Virus record (IMG/VR): IMGVR_UViG_2579778804_000012
Location: 1-10,544 of that record
DNA length: 10,544 nt
From: a virus
Taxonomy: Duplodnaviria > Heunggongvirae > Uroviricota > Caudoviricetes
Direction: 5' to 3' (one strand)
The translations under genes were made by a program, and so were the position numbers. Of this stretch, positions 1-6,269 are shown piece after piece. The notes beneath the pieces are model-generated. The model made no database searches and had not been told where the DNA came from. It saw only the letters and a program-made list of their open reading frames with translations. Position 1 is the first letter of the stretch. Each line of letters begins with the position of its first letter.

Positions 1-1218
1 ATGAACAAACTGAGCGATACCTTGCTAAGGAAACTTCATGGTAAGCCAGCGGAGAAAAACACGTTTTATAGCGATGGCGGAAATCTGAGCGTGAAATATT
101 TAACATCAGGGAAATTAACCTGGTATTTCACTTACAGGGCAGGAACGGGAAGAGAGACACGACCGGAACGTATTAAGCTGGGAAATTATCCTGATCTGAG
201 CCTGAAAGCAGCCAGGGAAAAAGCCGCCCAGTGTCGCGCATGGCTGGCGGAGGGGAAAAATCCACGCCATGAGATGAATTACGCCGTACAGGAAGCGTTA
301 AAGCCGGTAACGGTTGGCGATGCGCTCACCTACTGGCTTGAGTCGTACGTAAAGGAAAACCGCGTGGATTATATCGCCCTGAAAAGGCGACTTAATAATC
401 ACGTAATACAGTACATTGGCGCTATGCCGCTGGATAAATGCGAGCTACGGCACTGGCTGGCCTGTTTTGACCAGGTGGCAAAGCGAACACCTGTTACTGC
501 CGGATTCGTGCTACAGACATGCAAGCAGGCGCTTAAGTTCTGCCGGAGGCGGCGCTTTGCAATCAGCAACGTTCTCGATGATCTGAACGTGGCGGACGTT
601 GGGAAAAAACCGGATATAAGCGAACGTGTCTTAAGCACCAAAGAACTGGGCGAGTTATTGCAGGCGCTGGATAAAAAAATATTTTCTCCTTACTACGTCG
701 CGTTAATCCGCCTCCTGATTGTCTTCGGAGCCAGGACGGTAGAACTGAGGTTATCGGAGATCAGCGAGTGGGATTTTACCGAAATGCTATGGACCGTTCC
801 GAAGGAGCACAGCAAAACGAAGGTTGCAATATTCCGGCCCATACCGGAAGCGATCCTGCCGTTCGTCACGCGGCTGGTGGACCAGAACAGGCACACGGGC
901 TTATTACTGGGGGAAGTGAAACAGGAGGCTAGCGTATCGCAGTACGGCAGATTAGCGCACAGGAGGCTAAAACACCCTCAATGGTCATTGCATGACATCC
1001 GGCGCACCTTTACAACCATGCTGAACGATTTAGGCGTTGATCCTCACGTCGTGGAGCAGCTTACAGGCCACCAGATGCCAGGAATGCAACGCGTGTACAA
1101 CCATTCCCGCTATATTGATGCGAAACGCAATGCGCTTGATATGTGGGTGGAGCGGTTGGAGATACTGGCGGGAACACATGAAAACGTAACCACGCTACCA
1201 GTAACCAGAATAAAATAA
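1..1218 (+). CDS. int: tyrosine integrase, P4-type (N-terminal arm-binding-like domain plus catalytic domain)
   Basis: 405-aa ORF. N-terminus LSDTLLRKL..GKPAEK..YSDGGNLSVKY..W.F.YR...LGNYPDLSLKAAREKA matches the P4-family integrase N-terminal pattern; C-terminus HDIRRTF....GHQMPGMQRVYNHSRY fits the H-x-x-R and catalytic Tyr region. Window begins exactly at its ATG. Confidence 0.9.
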   Translation: MNKLSDTLLRKLHGKPAEKNTFYSDGGNLSVKYLTSGKLTWYFTYRAGTGRETRPERIKLGNYPDLSLKAAREKAAQCRAWLAEGKNPRHEMNYAVQEALKPVTVGDALTYWLESYVKENRVDYIALKRRLNNHVIQYIGAMPLDKCELRHWLACFDQVAKRTPVTAGFVLQTCKQALKFCRRRRFAISNVLDDLNVADVGKKPDISERVLSTKELGELLQALDKKIFSPYYVALIRLLIVFGARTVELRLSEISEWDFTEMLWTVPKEHSKTKVAIFRPIPEAILPFVTRLVDQNRHTGLLLGEVKQEASVSQYGRLAHRRLKHPQWSLHDIRRTFTTMLNDLGVDPHVVEQLTGHQMPGMQRVYNHSRYIDAKRNALDMWVERLEILAGTHENVTTLPVTRIK

Positions 1219-1235
1219 TTTTTTTCGTGTTTTTT

Positions 1236-1251
1236 CAGTATGCGCATACTG
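1236..1251. promoter_or_regulatory. perfect 16-bp palindrome CAGTATGCGCATACTG just after the int stop; candidate protein-binding site or hairpin
   Basis: Self-complementary 16-mer read directly; preceded by a T-run (1221-1235). Confidence 0.4.
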
Positions 1252-1260
1252 GATAAGTGC

Positions 1261-1310
1261 ACAGATACAACGTGAAACAATGTGCAACAACGTGACACAA
1301 TCACGAACAA
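1261..1310. repeat. five tandem 10-bp phased units (acagatACAA cgtgaaACAA tgtgcaACAA cgtgacACAA tcacgaACAA); candidate DNA-binding array
   Basis: Exact 10-bp periodicity with invariant ACAA ends and GTGA/GTGC cores, read directly. Confidence 0.6.
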
Positions 1311-1401
1311 GAGGCCAAAAAGAATACAGATTTGTAAGCTACTGATTTTTAATGCTCAGCTGGTTTTTTATACATTAGTGAATTACGCGTTAAAGTGTGC
1401 G

Positions 1402-1438
1402 AAAAAAGGCATAAAACAAGATTTTATGCCTTTGTATT
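1402..1438. terminator. hairpin terminator candidate between int and alpA (stem GGCATAAAA/TTTTATGCC, A-run before, T-rich after)
   Basis: 9-bp perfect inverted repeat 1408-1416/1422-1430, loop caaga, followed by tttgtatt. Confidence 0.5.
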
Positions 1439-1592
1439 AACATGAATTTAAATGATTTTATCCTGATTATTCCTCTTTCTGTAAACCATGCGACACCAAC
1501 ATTTGCCAACTCTGAATCATCCTGACACAATCAGACACATCCCAACGCAATAGAACACGAAATAACTCTTTAAGAAACGAAAGGGGGCAATA

Positions 1593-1781
1593 GTGTTAAG
1601 CACTGATCGGTTTATACGTGAAAAAGAATGCGAAAAGCTAACAGGCCTTAGCCGCTCATGCCGCTACCGCCTGGAAAAGGCCGGACAATTCCCATCACGT
1701 CGTAAACTTGGTGGGCGTTCTGTTGGCTGGTCTTTATCTGAGGTTTTGGCCTGGAAGGATAGCTGCAAGGCAGTTCACTAA
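1593..1781 (+). CDS. alpA: AlpA-family transcriptional regulator / possible excisionase (GTG start)
   Basis: 62-aa ORF; LTGLSRSCRYRLEKAGQFPSRRKLGGRSVGWSLSEVLAWK matches the AlpA signature (TG.SR...Y......FP..RKLG.RSVGW...E...W). RBS AAGGGGG at 1581-1587. Confidence 0.8.
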   Translation: MLSTDRFIREKECEKLTGLSRSCRYRLEKAGQFPSRRKLGGRSVGWSLSEVLAWKDSCKAVH

Positions 1782-1920
1782 AAAGACTGGCGGCACACAG
1801 TCGCCACACATCCACTAATACAGAGATATAACTATGAAGATTGAATATGCGCCCGAACGTGGGCGGGGATTCGTTCGCCCTGGTGAAACTGAAAAACAAC
1901 AAAATTGGGGTTTTTCAGGC

Positions 1921-1950
1921 ATAAAAAAAGCGGCCCCGATATGGAGCCGC
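1921..1950 (-). terminator. candidate intrinsic terminator for the minus-strand small-gene operon (stem GCGGC/GCCGC, U-run on minus strand)
   Basis: Stem 1930-1934/1946-1950 with 11-nt loop; on the minus strand it is followed by the complement of the A-run at 1922-1929. About 75 nt below the stop of the 2025..2228 gene. Confidence 0.4.
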
Positions 1951-2024
1951 CTTTCTGAACAATTAACCTGCTGCGCCTTATGTGTATGTGATCCCAAACA
2001 TAAGCACGGGAATGATAGCCGCTA

Positions 2025-2228
2025 TCAGGCTGGTGGGCAATTACCTTGCTTGTTGGGGCCGTATTGTGCTGCCATTTTCATCCGTTCAGAACGTGAATAT
2101 TTTTTTAGAAACTCATCAAGGACAAAAGCGCATGGAGCGAATCTTTCTGATTCATGCTCGAGCGCCATATTTTCGTGCTCTCTGTTCGTTTTTTGCGATG
2201 GTGTATTGGTTGATTCTTTGTTGGTCAT
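2025..2228 (-). CDS. small acidic protein of unknown function (67 aa), paralog of the 2686..2913 gene
   Basis: Starts MTN.., shares FVLDEFLKKY with FALEDFVDKY in the paralog; identical 43-bp upstream element; RBS AGGT 8 nt upstream. Confidence 0.5.
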   Translation of the reverse strand: MTNKESTNTPSQKTNREHENMALEHESERFAPCAFVLDEFLKKYSRSERMKMAAQYGPNKQGNCPPA

Positions 2229-2237
2229 TGTGTGTAC

Positions 2238-2280
2238 CTGTAAAGCAATGCGCCGGAGTTCCTCACGCCACGGCGCTGAT
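2238..2280. repeat. 43-bp element, copy a (100% identical to 2923-2965), intergenic upstream of the MTN-type gene
   Basis: ctgtaaagcaatgcgccggagttcctcacgccacggcgctgat read identically at both sites; contains inverted repeat GCGCCG..CGGCGC. Confidence 0.9.
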
Positions 2281-2285
2281 GTTTT

Positions 2286-2465
2286 TTATTCTTTGGGTTC
2301 AATACCGCGTTGCTGTAATTCTTTTCGGATTATTCGTTTTATCCAAGCTGCTAAAGAGTCATCACCGTCTTGTTGTTGTGCTTTTTCCATCTTTTCCCGT
2401 AAGTCAGGATCTAAACGGAACTGGAAAGGAGGATTACCACGCCTTTCATTTTTGTGTGTTGACAC
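2286..2465 (-). CDS. Arc/MetJ-type ribbon-helix-helix DNA-binding protein candidate (59 aa from GTG; 34 aa if ATG at 2390)
   Basis: Minus-strand translation ..RRGNPPFQFRLDPDLREKMEKAQQQDGDDSLAAWIKRIIRKELQQRGIEPKE fits the Arc-like strand-helix-helix pattern; RBS GGGGTG 8 nt upstream of the GTG. Absent from the supplied ORF track (non-ATG start, under 60 aa). Confidence 0.45.
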   Translation of the reverse strand: MSTHKNERRGNPPFQFRLDPDLREKMEKAQQQDGDDSLAAWIKRIIRKELQQRGIEPKE

Positions 2466-2486
2466 GTCAATTACACCCCATATAAT
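2459..2486 (+). promoter_or_regulatory. consensus sigma70-type promoter: TTGACA (2459-2464), 16-bp spacer, TATAAT (2481-2486)
   Basis: Both hexamers are perfect consensus with near-optimal spacing; it overlaps the start region of the minus-strand Arc-like gene. Confidence 0.55.
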
Positions 2487-2492
2487 GTGTTT

Positions 2493-2508
2493 ATGTGTAT
2501 ATACACAT
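2493..2508. promoter_or_regulatory. perfect 16-bp palindrome ATGTGTATATACACAT immediately downstream of the -10; candidate operator
   Basis: Self-complementary 16-mer read directly, at about +1 to +20 of the promoter above. Confidence 0.5.
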
Positions 2509-2530
2509 TACACACAACTAGCACAAAAAA

Positions 2531-2599
2531 CAACGCCCCGCAGTGATGGGAACACATACGGGGCGTCTAACCAAACCATTAATTGAGGTAACGATTATG
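2531..2599. ncRNA. structured element copy 1: 7-bp GC stem CGCCCCG/CGGGGCG with 18-nt loop, conserved tail TCTAACCAAACC, RBS and ATG GCT; leader RNA on plus strand and/or terminator on minus strand
   Basis: Stem 2534-2540/2559-2565. On the minus strand it is followed by TTGTTTTTTGTG (terminator-like). On the plus strand it precedes GAGG, then ATG at 2597. Homologous to 3398-3466. Confidence 0.4.
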
Positions 2600-2685
2600 G
2601 CTATAAAAGAGCATAGCTTACTCTTTATACACACACAAACGCCCCGGAAACGGAATAATCCGTTTCATAGTTCGGTTTTGTGCAC

Positions 2686-2913
2686 TCATCCTGGCGGTCG
2701 GTTTTTGCCGGATTTAAGCCGCCGTGGGTATTTATCGACAAAATCTTCAAGGGCAAATTTTTCTGGTGGCACTAAGCGCGGCGCTGGTGGTGGTATTTTT
2801 GTTCTGGTTAGTTCTTCCTCAAGTCTGGCGCAGGCTTCTGACTGCCTTTGCCGGATGATTTCATCATCTTGCGTTTGCGTGTCTTGTATTGGTGATAGTG
2901 TGTTGTTGGTCAT
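2686..2913 (-). CDS. small acidic/proline-rich protein of unknown function (75 aa), paralog of the 2025..2228 gene
   Basis: Starts MTNN.., contains FALEDFVDKY; preceded by the 43-bp element copy b. Confidence 0.55.
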   Translation of the reverse strand: MTNNTLSPIQDTQTQDDEIIRQRQSEACARLEEELTRTKIPPPAPRLVPPEKFALEDFVDKYPRRLKSGKNRPPG

Positions 2914-2922
2914 GTTACTGCC

Positions 2923-2965
2923 CTGTAAAGCAATGCGCCGGAGTTCCTCACGCCACGGCGCTGAT
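2923..2965. repeat. 43-bp element, copy b (100% identical to 2238-2280)
   Basis: Identical 43-mer between the RHH gene stop (2971) and the downstream gene start (2913). Confidence 0.9.
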
Positions 2966-2970
2966 AGTGA

Positions 2971-3277
2971 TTATTCTGATTCTTTGGCCTTGCGGCGCTG
3001 GAGTTCTTCGCGTGCGATGGCGATAAGTTGCCCGAGTTCTTCCGTAGCTTTAATACCAATTTTTTCCACTTGCGCCAATGCATCGAGAGAAGAAATCAGA
3101 GGATTTTCACTGCTTCCTTCTGCCTGGCGGCGGGCGATCTCCCCGCGCATGGCGGTTACTATGAATCCGGCGTTGCTTTCGCCGTCCAGTTTTACGGATT
3201 CCATGCCATCAAAAGCATCATGTGGGATACGAATTGAAATCTGTTTTGATTTGTCGTTGATAGTGTTTTTTGCCATG
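2971..3277 (-). CDS. ribbon-helix-helix (Arc/CopG-like) DNA-binding protein candidate, 101 aa from the MAKNT start
   Basis: KQISIRIPHDAFDGMESVKLDGESNAGFIVTAMRGEIARRQ fits the RHH pattern. Start moved from the track ATG at 3315 to the ATG at 3277, which sits 6 nt after RBS AGGAGA. C-terminus resembles the Arc-like paralog (IAREELQRRKAKESE vs IRKELQQRGIEPKE). Confidence 0.6.
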
Positions 3278-3298
3278 TGCATTCTCCTAAACAAAAGA

Positions 3299-3376
3299 TG
3301 TGATTCAGTATACACAAAAAAGAATCACAAAAAACACTTGACCTGTGATTCAGTTGAATTTAATTTAAATCACACC
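3299..3376. promoter_or_regulatory. operator-like cluster: TGTGATTCAGT direct repeats (3299-3309, 3344-3354) plus inverted half-sites GAATCACA (3322-3329) and AATCACAC (3368-3375); weak candidate promoter TTGACC at 3338-3343
   Basis: Repeated motif in both orientations in the divergent region between the RHH gene and the Icd-like gene. Confidence 0.4.
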
Positions 3377-3397
3377 TCAGTAAGAGGATGTAAACGA

Positions 3398-3463
3398 CAA
3401 CGCCCCGAACTGTTTGCGGCAGTAGCGGGGCGTCTAACCAAACCGTTAACAGGAGTAACGATT
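3398..3463 (+). ncRNA. structured leader copy 2: stem CGCCCCG/CGGGGCG (3401-3407/3426-3432), 18-nt loop, tail TCTAACCAAACC, RBS AGGAG, then ATG GCT; candidate c4/CI-like regulatory RNA or 5'-UTR element
   Basis: Same stem, tail and RBS/start block as copy 1 but a different loop; no U-run on the minus strand, so a plus-strand role is favoured here. Confidence 0.4.
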
Positions 3464-3664
3464 ATGGCTGGAACACAGCATACCCCACGTCTGGCGCACA
3501 CACAAACTGCCTTTGTGTGGCGTTTTCTGGCCCTGAGTGCCGGAGAATCTCAAATCATCCACGTAACCGCCTGGACGGAACGCGAAGCGCGTAACCGTTG
3601 CCCGTCCGGTTGTGTTGCTGTATTCGCTGCCCGTATTCGCCAGGGGGAAACCTATGCACAATAA
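3464..3664 (+). CDS. small protein (66 aa) in the position of Icd-like (host cell division inhibitor-like) proteins of P4-type elements; identity tentative
   Basis: MAGTQHTPRLAHTQTAFVWRFLALSAGESQ...; good RBS; follows the structured leader. The first 15 aa are homologous to the truncated start at 2597 (MAIKEHSLLFIHTQT). Confidence 0.5.
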   Translation: MAGTQHTPRLAHTQTAFVWRFLALSAGESQIIHVTAWTEREARNRCPSGCVAVFAARIRQGETYAQ

Positions 3665-3884
3665 AACCACACCGGACGCAGCAGAAGAAGCAATGCAAAT
3701 ACTGATACGTGCGCTCGTTGATGTTACCCACATGGTGGAGAGCATGGAGAGAAAATCACAGTCGGAGCACGACAAAAGAAAACTTAAAACAATAAAAATA
3801 ATTGCCAAAAACTCGCTGATAAAAGTTACAGACATCCTTAATGAGGACATTAAAAGAATAAGGGAGAAAATTTGTGATGCATAA
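3654..3884 (+). CDS. hypothetical small protein (76 aa), AT-rich gene
   Basis: ATG at 3654 with RBS AGGGGG 6 nt upstream; overlaps the Icd-like stop; lysine-rich, low GC. Confidence 0.5.
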   Translation: MHNKTTPDAAEEAMQILIRALVDVTHMVESMERKSQSEHDKRKLKTIKIIAKNSLIKVTDILNEDIKRIREKICDA

Positions 3885-4104
3885 AATCCCTTTTGAAGTA
3901 TTAATCCACTCTGAAAACGCATTAATTAAAGCACGCGAAATGAATGCGTTGTTAATTAAATTAATTGAAGTGCCGGAAGGTGGTGAAGAATCAGGTGTAT
4001 TAATGTTTGCAGCCATTCAGACATTACTATCGCCTGTTATTGATGAACTGGATAAGGCAATGGCAATTCACGAGAATAATAACTCGCCCCACACCGGAGA
4101 ATAA
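3874..4104 (+). CDS. hypothetical small protein (about 75 aa), AT-rich gene
   Basis: GTG 3874 / ATG 3877 after RBS AAGGGAG; start overlaps the stop of the previous gene. Confidence 0.5.
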   Translation: MMHKIPFEVLIHSENALIKAREMNALLIKLIEVPEGGEESGVLMFAAIQTLLSPVIDELDKAMAIHENNNSPHTGE

Positions 4105-4109
4105 AAATA

Positions 4110-4409
4110 ATGAAACTTAAATATTCTGGCTTAACTGCCAGTGGCAACACTCACCCTAAATTTACGCGCGGTGATATTTACCGCGACCAGTACGGCGGCA
4201 CGGTAATGATTAAGGGCGTGGCGGGACGGTGCGTAACTTACCGCCGTGAAGGTTACGAATATGATTGCGTGATGCCTGTTTATCAGTTCCGGCGTGATTT
4301 TTCTCTGGTACAGACCGCGCCGCATAACGTGCCCACCAGCAACGCCAGGGCACGGGCAAACATCCAGAAGCTGAAAACCATGATTAACGGATTCAGGGGT
4401 AAAAAATGA
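4110..4409 (+). CDS. hypothetical protein (99 aa), translationally coupled to the helicase gene
   Basis: RBS GGAGA 9 nt upstream; its stop overlaps the helicase ATG (ATGA). Confidence 0.6.
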   Translation: MKLKYSGLTASGNTHPKFTRGDIYRDQYGGTVMIKGVAGRCVTYRREGYEYDCVMPVYQFRRDFSLVQTAPHNVPTSNARARANIQKLKTMINGFRGKK

Positions 4410-5815
4410 AACTGGCACCGAACGTAAAACTATTACCGAAAGACAAATACACCGATGCGATTATTTTTGCGGGTATTGATGCTCACTCATTCGCAGAGCA
4501 TTACATCATTGCACAGGCCAAAAAAGCAGGCGATCCAGTCCCTCCCGTTTATCTGGGGCGTTATCAGTTAAGCGAACTGGATAACCTCCAGATTGTTGAT
4601 GATGGGCGATACAGGGCGACGGTGATACGCGCCGGAAATATTGAAGAGCCGCAGCTGTTAACCATCGCCACGAAACTGGCGATCGCCGGAGTCCAGGAGG
4701 CGCGGCTACTTTCTGAAAATTTCGAATTGCTGGAGGAATGGAGCGACCAGCTTCCACGGCTTAGGGAGGCATGGGAACGCGGGGAAAGCCTGGTCATGAA
4801 AAAAATCCCCCAGCGAAAAACCACGCTACCGATGAGCGTTGGATCTACCGGATACGACACACAGCTTGATTACGTGGTAAAGGGGATTATTCCGGCATCG
4901 TCGCTTTGCAGCATATACGGGGCGAGCGGTTCCTATAAATCATTCCTTGCCGGATCGTGGGCGTGTCACGTTTCCACGGGCCGCCAGTGGGGAGGCCGCA
5001 GGGTGGCGCATGGCGCTGTTCTCTATGTGGTTGGTGAAGGCGGTATCGGCGTTCCGCGTCGTGTAAAAGCCTGGGAGGTTGTGCACGGTGAGCAGGTGAA
5101 AAATCTGTATCTGGTAAACCGTCCCATCTTTCCGGCGGTCCCGCTTGATGTTGATGAAATGGTTATCGCTGCCCGTCAGGTGGAGCGGGAAACGGGTAAA
5201 CCTGTACGCATGATTATTCTGGATACGCTGGCGCGTTGCTTTGGTGGGAATGATGAAAATGATTCCCGTGATATGGGGGCGTTTATCCGTGGTTGTGACG
5301 AACTGAAACGACGCACAGGGGCCACGGTGCTGGTGGTTCACCATTCCGGCAAGGATGAGACGAAAGGCGCGCGCGGTTCCAGTGCATTTCGTGCATCACT
5401 GGATGCTGAATACCGGATACGCAGGGAGGACGCAGGAAGCGAAGCGCTGGTTATCTCATGCACCAAAATGAAGGACGCGGAGGAACTCAAAGAAGCCGCA
5501 TATGACTTACGCGTGGTGGAGCTGTTTACCGACGCTGACGGGGAGTTAATCACGTCGCTGGTGGTGGTGGATAAGCCGCGCCCTCCCGTTGAACTGGAAC
5601 GCATCGAGGAGGCAGGCAACAAGACGGAAAACCATACCGCACTATGGGGGTGCATCCGTTCACGCACACAGAACGGCGACAAGTGCACGATCCCGCTGTT
5701 ACGTGATGACATGAAACGGCTTGGGTATGACGTGAAAAATATGCGGCGATGGTTAGCCAAACTGGAAAAAGACGCCGTGATTTACATTGATGGTGATGAT
5801 GTAGGACCACTGTAA
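4406..5815 (+). CDS. RepA-like replicative helicase / RecA-fold AAA ATPase with C-terminal DNA-binding region
   Basis: 469 aa; Walker A GASGSYKS, Walker B-like VRMIILDTLAR, then VLVVHHSGKD; an iteron array lies immediately downstream. Confidence 0.85.
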   Translation: MKLAPNVKLLPKDKYTDAIIFAGIDAHSFAEHYIIAQAKKAGDPVPPVYLGRYQLSELDNLQIVDDGRYRATVIRAGNIEEPQLLTIATKLAIAGVQEARLLSENFELLEEWSDQLPRLREAWERGESLVMKKIPQRKTTLPMSVGSTGYDTQLDYVVKGIIPASSLCSIYGASGSYKSFLAGSWACHVSTGRQWGGRRVAHGAVLYVVGEGGIGVPRRVKAWEVVHGEQVKNLYLVNRPIFPAVPLDVDEMVIAARQVERETGKPVRMIILDTLARCFGGNDENDSRDMGAFIRGCDELKRRTGATVLVVHHSGKDETKGARGSSAFRASLDAEYRIRREDAGSEALVISCTKMKDAEELKEAAYDLRVVELFTDADGELITSLVVVDKPRPPVELERIEEAGNKTENHTALWGCIRSRTQNGDKCTIPLLRDDMKRLGYDVKNMRRWLAKLEKDAVIYIDGDDVGPL

Positions 5816-6015
5816 AAAGTGAGTAGCAAAAGTGAGTAATGGTGAGGTTTTTACAAAATATTAACACGATTACTCACTTTCTCACCTGTATACATGCTCA
5901 AAAGTGAGGAGTAAAAAAATCCTTATGAAACACACACATAAAGCATCAAAAAATATCAAGTGAGACGAAGCGAGACGCTTTAAAAAGTGAGGTGTAAAAG
6001 TGAGCATGAGTGAGG
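5816..6015. repeat. iteron array, putative replication origin: at least 9 copies of (A)AGTGAG in both orientations with AT-rich spacers
   Basis: GTGAG at 5819, 5832, 5842, 5904, 5960, 5987, 6000, 6010; inverted CTCAC at 5874 and 5881; AT-rich stretches 5850-5870 and 5911-5957. Confidence 0.6.
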
Positions 6016-6269
6016 AGATAACCAAAATGCGCAGAGACAGAACAGAGCCGAAATATAAAGCGTTAGACATGACAGAGCACGCCTTAAAGGTGGCAATCAG
6101 GGTAATAGACCGCCACGCGGGGGAAGGATACGCGAAGGAGCATCCCGAACTGATAAGCGCATTCATGACCACAGCGGCGGCAAACTTTGCCACGCTGACA
6201 GAGCGGGAGATTGCGGAAGCTGAACAGGTGACAACCATCAACGTTAAAAACGTAGAGGTGGAATCATGA
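6000..6269 (+). CDS. hypothetical protein (about 87-89 aa)
   Basis: GTG 6000 or ATG 6006 after GAGG; its stop overlaps the ssb-like start. Confidence 0.55.
   Translation: MSMSEEITKMRRDRTEPKYKALDMTEHALKVAIRVIDRHAGEGYAKEHPELISAFMTTAAANFATLTEREIAEAEQVTTINVKNVEVES

Noticed and set aside
399-1310. Minus-strand ORFs inside or overlapping int (399..641, 693..896, 1110..1310)
   Set aside because: Antisense to a well-supported integrase gene; no independent signals.
1834-2586. 250-aa and 167-aa plus-strand ORFs (1834..2586, 1982..2485)
   Set aside because: Cys/Trp/Phe-rich translations with no RBS, overlapping the minus-strand small genes and the 43-bp element; judged spurious.
2647-2671. Hairpin GAAACGG aataat CCGTTTC after the truncated MA-start ORF, considered as a plus-strand terminator
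   Set aside because: No U-run directly after the stem on either strand; kept only as a possible structure, not called as a terminator.
2543-3664. 373-aa plus-strand ORF spanning the whole regulatory region
   Set aside because: Ser/Cys-rich, low-complexity translation running antisense to better-supported minus-strand genes and through intergenic repeats. Only its last 66 codons (3464-3664) have an RBS and a plausible protein sequence; the rest is taken as an open antisense frame.
3446-4418. Minus-strand ORFs 3446..3922, 3756..4016 and 4131..4418
   Set aside because: Antisense to plus-strand genes that have RBSs and overlapping start/stop coupling; hydrophobic low-complexity translations.
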